Under the pieces are notes generated by a model. That model made no database searches and was not told the origin of the DNA. It saw nothing but the letters and a program-made list of their open reading frames with translations. This document shows positions 1-8,563 of a stretch of 34,593 bases of DNA, in pieces. Each line of letters starts with the position of its first letter. Position 1 is the first letter of the stretch. Origin of the DNA: Bacteroidia bacterium (GTDB taxonomy: Bacteria; Bacteroidota; Bacteroidia; AKYH767-A; OLB10). A program made the translations under genes and the position numbers. Where the stretch lies: the NCBI GenBank assembly GCA_038211525.1, contig JBBQVM010000003.1, positions 1 through 34,593 on the forward strand, written 5' to 3'.

Positions 1-292
1 CATTAAATATTCTCAAGGTTTTGTGGTGCTTCCGGGTGGCTTTGGAACACTTGATGAATTGTTTGAAGCATTAACACTTATCCAAACCAGGAAGATTGCA
101 AAATTCCCAATCATTCTTGCAGGGAAAGAATACTGGCAAGGTATTTATGACTGGATTTGTAATACCATGCTCGAGCAGGGAAATATTAATAAGGAAGACT
201 TGCAGTTGTTCAAAATTGCAGATAGCGCTGATGAAGTTGTGAAATACATTAATGAATTTTACTCACGCTATCTTTTGAAACCTAATTTTTAA
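1..292 (+). CDS. LOG family (TIGR00730-like) Rossmann-fold nucleotide phosphoribohydrolase, 3' part only
   Basis: The frame is open back to the window edge (IKYSQGFVVL...) and contains the LOG signature PGGFGTLDELFE. Confidence 0.9.
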   Translation, partial: IKYSQGFVVLPGGFGTLDELFEALTLIQTRKIAKFPIILAGKEYWQGIYDWICNTMLEQGNINKEDLQLFKIADSADEVVKYINEFYSRYLLKPNF

Positions 293-354
293 AATACTTC
301 TTTTTCTGCAATTGGTAGATTTATAGTCATGATTGACTAAAACATTACAAGAAT

Positions 355-412
355 AAAAAGCCCTAAAAAGCATTTGCTTAATATCAAAGCAGATATTTTT
401 TAGGGCTTTTTT
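355..412 (+). terminator. Intrinsic terminator, possibly bidirectional
   Basis: Perfect 15-bp arms AAAAAGCCCTAAAAA (355-369) and TTTTTAGGGCTTTTT (397-411), with further inner pairing and a T-rich tail. Confidence 0.8.
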
Positions 413-578
413 ATTTTATTCATTTCATTTTCAAGGGGTTGTAATATTTTTATGTTCGCCACAGCTCTTAATAATTGAACTTTTTCTGATTGATCTTACA
501 TTTTAAGAATCCTCTCTTCCCTTTGGCACCAAGGGTTCCCGTAACATTTGATTCATATTAAAGTATAAAACACCCGTA

Positions 579-595
579 TTGGTACAGGTTATGCC
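579..595 (+). promoter_or_regulatory. Candidate sigma54 (-24/-12) promoter
   Basis: TTGGTACAGGTTATGCC has GG (581-582) and GC (593-594) separated by exactly 10 nt and resembles TGGCAC-N5-TTGC. It lies about 48 nt upstream of ATG 643, in front of a cluster encoding a sigma54 activator. Confidence 0.5.
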
Positions 596-642
596 GAATA
601 TTAATATAACCCATTAAATATCAATACAAAATACAAATTAAT

Positions 643-1071
643 ATGCATGATCAATTAGTTAATATCCTTTTGGTAGAAGATGATCACGTTGATATAATGA
701 ATGTGGAGCGTGCGTTCAAAAAGAACCATATCCAAAACCCACTTTTTATAGCAAAAAATGGTGTTGAAGCTTTAGAAAAACTTCGCAGTACAGATCCTTC
801 AATCAGAATTACCCCTCGGCCTCAAATTATATTACTCGATTTGAACATGCCTCAAATGAATGGCATTGAATTCTTAAAGGAGATTAGAAATGATGATGAA
901 CTAAAGTCACTGAGTGTTTTTGTGATGACAACATCAAACGACGATCGCGACAGAATTAAGGCCTACGACTTAAATGTAGCAGGATACATTCTAAAGCCTG
1001 TATCGTTTGAAAAATTTGTTTCGGCAGTTTCCATTCTTAACAGCTACTGGAAACTCTGCGAACAACCATAA
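643..1071 (+). CDS. Single-domain response regulator, Rcp1-like
   Basis: REC motifs ILLVEDD, IILLDLNMP (phospho-Asp), MTTS and YILKP. The C-terminal YWKLCEQP tail is typical of Rcp1-type regulators. Confidence 0.9.
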   Translation: MHDQLVNILLVEDDHVDIMNVERAFKKNHIQNPLFIAKNGVEALEKLRSTDPSIRITPRPQIILLDLNMPQMNGIEFLKEIRNDDELKSLSVFVMTTSNDDRDRIKAYDLNVAGYILKPVSFEKFVSAVSILNSYWKLCEQP

Positions 1072-1098
1072 TAAAATTCGATTAGTAAGTATAAAACT

Positions 1099-3450
1099 AT
1101 GAAAGAAAAATTAATATCCGTTTTAGTGATTGATGATGATGAAGTTGATCGTATTGCTTTGAAGAGATCCATAAAATCATCTGGATATAATGTAGATATT
1201 GTTACAACTAATTCAAAAGCCGAAGGATTGGCTGCCATGTGTAATAAAGTTTTTGATTGTATCTTTCTTGATTACAATTTACCTGACAGTAATGGTCTCG
1301 ATTTTTTAAGAAATCATAGTCAAGAAATTAATGGGGCACCGGTTATTATAGTTACCTCTCATGGCGATGAAAAATTGGCTGTTGATGCTATGCGTCTGGG
1401 AGCTTGTGATTACATTCCAAAAAATCTTATTTCAGCAGAGGGAATTGGACAGAGTTTGAGATATGCGCTACGAGTTCATGAAGCTCAAAAAACAACTACT
1501 CAAGTTGAAAAAGCACTTCAGGAATCGGAGAAAAAATTAGATACTATCATCTCTAAATCGCCTATTATTCTTTTTGAAATTGATAAACATGGTGTATTTA
1601 CTATGTTTAAAGGTAAAGGTATTGAACAGCTAAAAGTAAACCCTTCCGATATTATTGGAATGAGTTTTCAGGAGACCTACAGAGTTTTACCAATTGATAT
1701 TCGAAGTCTGAGAAATGTTATTCAGGGTAAAGAATTAACTACTTCAATACAAGTAAACAATCGACATCTTGAAATTACCTGCATTCCGCAAAGAGATGAA
1801 AACTTTGAGCCAAATGGAATGATTGGTATTGCAACTGATATTACCGAGTTAAAGAAAAATGAGATTGAATTAAAAAGCAATCTTAATATCGCTCAGGAAA
1901 CTCAAAAAGTAAAAGAACAGTTCCTTGCGAATATGAGCCATGAAATTAGAACTCCTATTCACGGCATAATGAGCTTAACGAACTTGATGCTTAAGACTAA
2001 AATTGATGCTGATCAGCTTACCTATTTGAATGCAGTAAAGAAATCAGCCGATAACCTGTTAGTCATAATCAACGATATTCTGGATCTTTCCAAAATTGAA
2101 GCCCAGAAAATGACCTTTGAGAGCACCATTTTTAGTGCCTCAGAGATGGTAGAAACTACCTATGAATTGTTCCGCGCCAAAGCGAATGAAAAAAACATCA
2201 CCATCACAAAAGATATTGATGATTGCTTACCTGAATATGTAAAAGGTGACCCTACCCGATTGAGTCAAATCATAAATAATTTAGTTAATAACGCAATTAA
2301 GTTTACTCATAATGGCGGCGTTCAGATTGGAGTGAAGCTGGTAGATACCAACAACCGTTGCAGTATGATTAGCTTTAGTGTTAAAGATTCCGGAATAGGT
2401 ATACCACAGAATAAATTAGCTACCATCTTTGATATGTTCACTCAAGCAGGTGATGATATCACAAGAAAATATGGTGGAACAGGCCTCGGTTTGAGTATCG
2501 CAAAAAAATTAGTTGATCTTCAAGGTGGTATTATTAAAGTTGATAGCATTATAGATGAAGGAACTACTTTCACTTTTAGTCTACCTTTCGATCATCCGGA
2601 TCCAATTGAATTGGAAGCTCATCATTCCGTATCAGAAGCACCCGAGAGCAAAATCGATACTGAATTAAGAATTTTAATAGTTGAAGATAACGACATCAAC
2701 AGATTAGTGATTAACAAAATCATGAAGGATTGGGGTGTTAAACTCGATAATGCCGTTAATGGTTTGGATGCTATTAATAAGATGAAAGTAAATACTTACG
2801 ACATCATATTACTGGATATTGAGATGCCGGAAATGAACGGATACCAATGTATTCGTGAAATAAGAACTGCGTTGCCGGAACCTAAAAATACGGTTTCGGT
2901 GATGGCAATGACGGCACATGCTAATAAAAAAGAAAGAGATAAGTGTATTGGCTTAGGTATGGATGATTACATCTCTAAACCTTTCGATCCTCTTGATCTT
3001 AAACAAAAAATAGTTGCTCTCAGCAAAAAATCTATTGGTGGGACTTGTGAAATTTCACCAGAACAAGATCTTGCACCGGCAGTTTGTGAAGCCAAACAAA
3101 AATTGACCAATCTCAATTATTTAAGAGAATTGTCAGATAATAATGAGTCCTTCTTTAAAGATTTTATCACCTTGTTTCTTACCAATACGCCCGAAACATT
3201 AGCCGATTTGCAAAAGCATCTTGATGCTAAAAATTGGGAAGGTGTTCGTCAAGCCGCTCACAAAATGAAACCCTCATTGAATTACCTCGGACTAAAAGAT
3301 GGGCAGAAGTTGGCTGCAACTATTGAGGAAAATGCCTTGAAGAAAATTCAACTTGAAGAAATTGAAGAATTGACAAAGTCTTTGAATTCCATATGCAATG
3401 CCGCATTTCGTGAACTTGAAGAGGAACTAAAAAGTACAACAGTAATTTAA
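1099..3450 (+). CDS. Cytoplasmic hybrid histidine kinase (REC-PAS-HisKA-HATPase-REC-Hpt)
   Basis: REC1 (VIDDD...FLDYNLP), PAS-like segment (SPIILFEIDKHG), H-box FLANMSHEIRTP, N-box NLVNNAIKFT, G boxes DSGIG and GGTGLGL, REC2 (VEDN...LLDIEMP), Hpt AAHKMKPS. No transmembrane segment. Confidence 0.92.
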   Translation: MKEKLISVLVIDDDEVDRIALKRSIKSSGYNVDIVTTNSKAEGLAAMCNKVFDCIFLDYNLPDSNGLDFLRNHSQEINGAPVIIVTSHGDEKLAVDAMRLGACDYIPKNLISAEGIGQSLRYALRVHEAQKTTTQVEKALQESEKKLDTIISKSPIILFEIDKHGVFTMFKGKGIEQLKVNPSDIIGMSFQETYRVLPIDIRSLRNVIQGKELTTSIQVNNRHLEITCIPQRDENFEPNGMIGIATDITELKKNEIELKSNLNIAQETQKVKEQFLANMSHEIRTPIHGIMSLTNLMLKTKIDADQLTYLNAVKKSADNLLVIINDILDLSKIEAQKMTFESTIFSASEMVETTYELFRAKANEKNITITKDIDDCLPEYVKGDPTRLSQIINNLVNNAIKFTHNGGVQIGVKLVDTNNRCSMISFSVKDSGIGIPQNKLATIFDMFTQAGDDITRKYGGTGLGLSIAKKLVDLQGGIIKVDSIIDEGTTFTFSLPFDHPDPIELEAHHSVSEAPESKIDTELRILIVEDNDINRLVINKIMKDWGVKLDNAVNGLDAINKMKVNTYDIILLDIEMPEMNGYQCIREIRTALPEPKNTVSVMAMTAHANKKERDKCIGLGMDDYISKPFDPLDLKQKIVALSKKSIGGTCEISPEQDLAPAVCEAKQKLTNLNYLRELSDNNESFFKDFITLFLTNTPETLADLQKHLDAKNWEGVRQAAHKMKPSLNYLGLKDGQKLAATIEENALKKIQLEEIEELTKSLNSICNAAFRELEEELKSTTVI

Positions 3451-3470
3451 ATTATAAACATACATACCCC

Positions 3471-4637
3471 ATGGCCAAAATATTTATTATTGAAGATGAT
3501 ACAATGGTAGCTGTTCTGATGAAACAAGCTCTTGCTAAAAGTGATCATGAATTAACTCATTTTGCTAATGCTGAAGAATGTATCCAAAACCTTCATCTCA
3601 ACCCTGATATCATCACCGTAGATTACAACCTTCCGGGAATGAATGGTATTGAATTGATGAGTCGCATTAAATCGTATAATTCAGCAATAATGGTGGTACT
3701 TGTTTCAGGACAAGAAACGTTAGATGTAGTAGTAGCAGCCTATAAAGGAGGCGCATCAGAATACATTATTAAAAATGACAATTTATTCATCAATCTGGAA
3801 AATTCAATTAAGAATCTTTCTATGAATGTAGTGTTGAAGAAAGAAGTAGAATTTTTGAAGGATCAAGTAATCGATCGTCATAAGTATTCCAACATTCTTG
3901 GAAATAGCAATCCGGTTATGCGAGTATTGAGATTAATACAGAAAGTGGAGAAGAGTAATATCATGGTTTTAGTGACAGGCCAGAGCGGAACCGGCAAAGA
4001 GTTGGTTGCAAAAGCACTTCATTACAATTCCCCTCGATCTCGCAAACCATTTGTAACGGTTAATATGGGAGCCATTCCTGAAGACTTAATTGAATCGGAA
4101 CTATTTGGCCATGAAAAGGGCGCCTTTACAGATGCCCGCGAAAGAAGAATCGGGAAATTTGAAGAAGCCAATGATGGAACCATTTTTCTTGATGAAATTG
4201 GGGAAATGAATTTACATCTCCAAACAAAATTACTTCGCGTACTTCAGGAAAAAGAAATTACACGAATAGGTAGTAATAAAATATTAAAACTTGACTTCCG
4301 GATGATAGCAGCAACTAACAGGAATCTGGCTACAGAAGTTAAAGAGGGACGATTCAGAGAAGATCTTTTTTACAGAATCCAAGGTTTCTTAATTCACCTT
4401 CCACCACTAAAAGAAAGAGGTGATGATGTGATTCTATTAGCTAAAAGTTTCCTTTCCGAGTTTTGTAAGAATAACAAAACCGAATTAGTACAATTGTCAA
4501 AAGAAGCCAGCAAATTTATGCTTGAATACACCTGGCCGGGAAACATTAGAGAGCTAAAGGCCGTAATGGAAAGAGCTGCACTCTTGTGCGAGAATAATAC
4601 TATTCAGATTGATGACCTAATGTTCGTTCAAGCCTAA
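3471..4637 (+). CDS. Sigma54-dependent activator (REC + AAA+), NtrC-like, lacking the C-terminal HTH
   Basis: REC domain with VDYNLP, Walker A GQSGTGKE, ESELFGHEKGAFTDA, Walker B FLDEIGE, FREDLFYR and WPGNIREL. The protein ends about 25 aa after sensor II. Confidence 0.9.
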   Translation: MAKIFIIEDDTMVAVLMKQALAKSDHELTHFANAEECIQNLHLNPDIITVDYNLPGMNGIELMSRIKSYNSAIMVVLVSGQETLDVVVAAYKGGASEYIIKNDNLFINLENSIKNLSMNVVLKKEVEFLKDQVIDRHKYSNILGNSNPVMRVLRLIQKVEKSNIMVLVTGQSGTGKELVAKALHYNSPRSRKPFVTVNMGAIPEDLIESELFGHEKGAFTDARERRIGKFEEANDGTIFLDEIGEMNLHLQTKLLRVLQEKEITRIGSNKILKLDFRMIAATNRNLATEVKEGRFREDLFYRIQGFLIHLPPLKERGDDVILLAKSFLSEFCKNNKTELVQLSKEASKFMLEYTWPGNIRELKAVMERAALLCENNTIQIDDLMFVQA

Positions 4638-4645
4638 ATCGTAAA

Positions 4646-4758
4646 ATGGCGGCGACAGTTGAAGCGGTGGCGGCGGCATGAGCCTTGGCAGTGGCGGCGG
4701 CAGCGGCGGCGGCAGGAGCAGGAGCAGAGGCGGTGGTAGGAGCGGTGGGAAGATTTGA
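4646..4758. repeat. G-rich low-complexity GGC/GGCA triplet-type tract
   Basis: Runs such as ggcggcggcagcggcggcggcaggagcaggagcagaggcggtggt in otherwise AT-rich DNA. Confidence 0.75.
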
Positions 4759-4821
4759 GTGGTGAAGATTATTTGTTGGTCCATATTGAACTAAAAAACA
4801 TTAGAATTAAAGTATCCTATT

Positions 4822-5112
4822 TTGAAACATAACAGACAAAAGATTTCACAGCGTCAACGAATGACCGTTCGGCTGGTGGTTGCAGTAGGTATCTCCTTCT
4901 TCGCAATTGCAACGGGAATATTTTTGTACTTACAACTCACCAATTCAGAATCATCAAAAGCTGATAATACAACCCTCATAAATCGTGAAAATTTACCTGT
5001 CGACATGGTAATTGACCAAATGGTGGTTAATACAGTTGATACTATTGAACGAAACGGTAATCGATGCAAAGTTGCCAAGCCACTCTCATTAACACCTGTA
5101 CTTACTCAATAA
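4822..5112 (+). CDS. Small membrane-anchored or exported hypothetical protein (TTG start uncertain; ATG 4861 is an alternative)
   Basis: Basic N-terminus, one hydrophobic helix (LVVAVGISFFAIATGIFLYL), then NSESSKA as a possible cleavage site. It ends 4 nt before the next ORF. Confidence 0.7.
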   Translation: MKHNRQKISQRQRMTVRLVVAVGISFFAIATGIFLYLQLTNSESSKADNTTLINRENLPVDMVIDQMVVNTVDTIERNGNRCKVAKPLSLTPVLTQ

Positions 5113-5116
5113 TTCA

Positions 5117-8100
5117 GTGATAATGAATCAACTTTTACAATCATTGATATGGAGAAAACTTCGGACATTATTAGTCTGCCTGCTACTTTGTATAGTTGTT
5201 TTCCACGAAAGTGCTCATGCAGTTAATCGCGTATCATCAGGTTCGGGTAATTTCTCCACTCCTACCACATGGATTCCTGCAGGCATTCCAACAAATAACG
5301 ATCAACTAACCATTGTTGCTAATCATAATATCTTACTTGATAATAATTCAAATGCAGCAAGTGTAACTGTTAATGCCGGCGGACAACTAATTTGGTCGAC
5401 AGGTAAAAAACTTACTGTTGCTAACGGGTTTGTTGTAAATGGAAAGGTGGAGATTATTGATGGAGATATCGAATTAACGCAATCCGGTTCACCATTTCAA
5501 ATTGGGCCCGCAGGATCATTAAACTGGTCGCCGCTAAATAATACTGTTGCAGGTGCAACACTATTCACCAATGGTGTTGAAAATTTTAGTTCCACAAGTA
5601 CTCTTATAATTAGCAAATGGTATAATTACAACAACGTACCGTTAGCATCGGTTGTAACCGGAAATTTCGGAAATTTATCATTAACAACGCTAACCAACGG
5701 TTTGCTTTTTGAATGGAATCAGAACAATCAATTTGAGCAACATAAAATTTTAGGTACACTAACAATCGATCAGGGATGGATCGTATTAGATAAATCAGGA
5801 AGTATCTCCAACACATTTATTAACGCTATATATCTTAAAAATGTAAATTCTTATCTCGATATTCATTCTGGTACCCATCCCGGAACATTCACAGTAAAAA
5901 CCAACTCCCTAATAAATATTGGTGGTGTTTTAAATGGGATTTACAATGGCGATGGTAATATTAATCTTGAAGTAGATGGCGATATCACCAATCTGGGTAA
6001 TATCGAATTGATTTATAATTCAGGTGTTCAAGGTATCTCAAACGGAAATGCTTCACTAAAAGTAACCGGTTTGTTTAAGCAAACAACCGGCGACTTCAGA
6101 GGAATCTTTAATTTATCATCAACAAACATAGGAACAGTTGATCTTGAATTTGAAAATATGGAGGTTACAGGCGGAATTTTTATGGCGCAATATGGTTGCC
6201 ATACCAATAATCAAATGTCGCATGTAACAGTCAATAAAAATTTAACAATTGATTTCATTAACAGCAGCTCTAAATTCCGCGGAAACGGATTAACCGCTTT
6301 GGGCGGAATAGCTAATAATCTTCAGCAACAATTTATCATTAAAGGTAATCTACTGATAAAAGGAAATACATCGGCAGAGTTTACCTCAAGTGGAAGTACA
6401 GGAATTGAAGAGTTTAGTGTTTTGGGAAATTCGGGATTTGAAGGCTGTAATTCCAATTTCAATTATGGAATGCACACTTCCAATTTGCAATTCATAGGCG
6501 ATGTTACTGTAAAAGGAGGTATAGTTAACTTATCAAAAACAGAAGGTTCCTCAACAGTCAACTTAACGAATAATTTAGATGTTCAATACGGCCAACTAAA
6601 CTTAAAAAGTGAACCCGGAAATTCAAGTGTTACCATTAACGGCAACTATTCACAGAGTGGAGGCATCGTCTATCTCTATAATAATTCCACCACTGCTACC
6701 TCAAAAATCGTTTACCTTACTGTGAATGGTGAATTTAGCAATGTGTCGGGGTCAATTAATTTCGATAACAACAGTGCTTCATCTGCAAAACACATTTTAT
6801 CACTAAATGGTTCCAAATTTACTATTGGCGGACAAGCGACCATCACAGGCAGCGTATCACAACAGAATCCGGGTTTTGGGACTATCTATTTTGACCATGC
6901 AGGACCTCTACAATATTATGAAAATAGTGCATCAGCAAAAATACAAAACATAAAACAGGTGGTAAGCTCAGGATGTGTTGTGCAGTTGGCTTATGGCAAC
7001 ATGCAAGCTGCTTCAACTCAAACACCTGCAAAGGACATGATAAGAATAGCCGGCGGTGGAATTATTGATGCAGGAAGTCATCAAATTTATTCTAATGGTG
7101 TGAGTTTATATTCAGGAATTAAGGTGGATGATAATGGTCGCATAAGGTGCGCCAATACAGAAGGATTGTACAATGGAGCTGCAGGTGCTACCATAAAAGC
7201 CAATTCGAACATGACTTTTACCTTGCAACCTTTGAGTATTATTGAATACTATGGAAATTCAAATCAGTATGTAACAGGTACGGGTATTGGAACAGCACAA
7301 ACAACCGATCAGCAATATGGAATACTTGAAATTAATAAAGAAACTTCTTCCGCTAAATTAAATTCATCTACTGTATTGGTGAGAAGTAATTTGGACCTCA
7401 CCAAGGGAGAACTTTACTTAAATGGCTATAATATCACCATAAATTCAGGATCGACAAATGGTATTACTACCGTTTCCGGATACATCAAAAGTGAAACTCT
7501 TGCATCCAATACAAACGGATTGGTAATATGGAAAAATATAGAGCCCGGCATGCATACCATTCCATTCGGCGTAGGTAGCGAAAAGCAAATCCCATTCAAA
7601 TTTACTCCTATCACAGGAACAGGCGGCGAAATGTCAATATCTACAAGAGGTTGTACAAAGGATAACCGACCGTTGAACCCCGGCATTACCAATTTGAATT
7701 TAAACAATACCGATGTGAGTGTTGATCGCACTATAGACAGATGGTATTTCATTCATGCACCAGGTATAACTGCCGATATAATTGCTTCCTACCTGCCGGA
7801 TGAAAATAGTACCCTATCTTCCTTATCCGATGGTAATTTCTCTTTTATTAACTGGAATGGTTCAAAATGGACGCTAATTGGTGGTACCGGAAATGGTACA
7901 ACTCAACAGGTAGGGACTGTTGCCCTGGCTAATAATTCCAAATGGGGTAATCTGCTCATAGTTTCAAATGAGAAGTTGGAAAAAGCAGATATCCTCTCTT
8001 TTGATGCCAAACTAAATGTCAACAAAGTTGATCTTAAATGGGTTTCGATAGCCAATGTAAATCCGCAAAGTTATACTGTGGAACGATCAACAGATGGCTA

Positions 8101-8542
8101 CAATTTTACTTCAATAATTGAAAAACAGGCTTACCCTTCTTCAAATAATAATTTAGAATATAACGATATGGATCTTCATCCCATTAAAGGAATTAGTTTT
8201 TACAGGCTACGACAGAATAATGCTAACGACCAGAAAAAATATTCTGAAAACGTACAAATTGAAATCGGTTCGAGTAAGCAAAATACTTTTGAACTGATCA
8301 CTGCTGTACCCAATCCCTTTAGCTCAACATTTGACGTAGCATTCAATGCTGCAAATGACGGTGTTATTGAAATTAAATTAGTTAGTACCAATGGACAAAT
8401 TGTTTATAAGCAATCCTTAATCGCCGTGGAAGGAAAAAATAGTTTCACCATTAGCAACCAGGAAAAAATGCTTTCCGGAATTTACATACTTACAATTTCG
8501 GATGGCAGAAGTGTAAAAAATTATAAAATGTTTAAAATTTAA
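5117..8542 (+). CDS. Large T9SS type A sorting-domain protein, probable beta-helix/adhesin-like body (start may be ATG 5123)
   Basis: Signal peptide ending ESAHA, G8-like start (SSGSGNFSTPTTWIPAGIP), Gly/Asn/Thr-rich beta repeats, Ig-like pre-CTD domain (ILSFDAK...YTVERSTDG...FYRLRQ) and CTD (AVPNPF...GIYILTI...YKMFKI). Confidence 0.85.
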   Translation: MIMNQLLQSLIWRKLRTLLVCLLLCIVVFHESAHAVNRVSSGSGNFSTPTTWIPAGIPTNNDQLTIVANHNILLDNNSNAASVTVNAGGQLIWSTGKKLTVANGFVVNGKVEIIDGDIELTQSGSPFQIGPAGSLNWSPLNNTVAGATLFTNGVENFSSTSTLIISKWYNYNNVPLASVVTGNFGNLSLTTLTNGLLFEWNQNNQFEQHKILGTLTIDQGWIVLDKSGSISNTFINAIYLKNVNSYLDIHSGTHPGTFTVKTNSLINIGGVLNGIYNGDGNINLEVDGDITNLGNIELIYNSGVQGISNGNASLKVTGLFKQTTGDFRGIFNLSSTNIGTVDLEFENMEVTGGIFMAQYGCHTNNQMSHVTVNKNLTIDFINSSSKFRGNGLTALGGIANNLQQQFIIKGNLLIKGNTSAEFTSSGSTGIEEFSVLGNSGFEGCNSNFNYGMHTSNLQFIGDVTVKGGIVNLSKTEGSSTVNLTNNLDVQYGQLNLKSEPGNSSVTINGNYSQSGGIVYLYNNSTTATSKIVYLTVNGEFSNVSGSINFDNNSASSAKHILSLNGSKFTIGGQATITGSVSQQNPGFGTIYFDHAGPLQYYENSASAKIQNIKQVVSSGCVVQLAYGNMQAASTQTPAKDMIRIAGGGIIDAGSHQIYSNGVSLYSGIKVDDNGRIRCANTEGLYNGAAGATIKANSNMTFTLQPLSIIEYYGNSNQYVTGTGIGTAQTTDQQYGILEINKETSSAKLNSSTVLVRSNLDLTKGELYLNGYNITINSGSTNGITTVSGYIKSETLASNTNGLVIWKNIEPGMHTIPFGVGSEKQIPFKFTPITGTGGEMSISTRGCTKDNRPLNPGITNLNLNNTDVSVDRTIDRWYFIHAPGITADIIASYLPDENSTLSSLSDGNFSFINWNGSKWTLIGGTGNGTTQQVGTVALANNSKWGNLLIVSNEKLEKADILSFDAKLNVNKVDLKWVSIANVNPQSYTVERSTDGYNFTSIIEKQAYPSSNNNLEYNDMDLHPIKGISFYRLRQNNANDQKKYSENVQIEIGSSKQNTFELITAVPNPFSSTFDVAFNAANDGVIEIKLVSTNGQIVYKQSLIAVEGKNSFTISNQEKMLSGIYILTISDGRSVKNYKMFKI

Positions 8543-8563
8543 ATTTAAAATACAAAGCAGAAG

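Noticed and set aside
522-540. TTTGGCACCAAGGGTTCCC as a sigma54 promoter
   Set aside because: The -24 element is good, but the -12 position reads TC rather than GC. The site at 579-595 fits better.
4646-4768. Selenocysteine or read-through of the TGA at 4679-4681 giving a 40-aa Ala-rich peptide
   Set aside because: No SECIS-like hairpin or redox motif is evident; the low-complexity repeat explains the open frame.
4638-4821. Frameshifted HTH belonging to the sigma54 activator
   Set aside because: The forward frames give only low-complexity Ala- or Gly-rich or Arg/Trp-containing peptides, with nothing resembling a Fis-type HTH.
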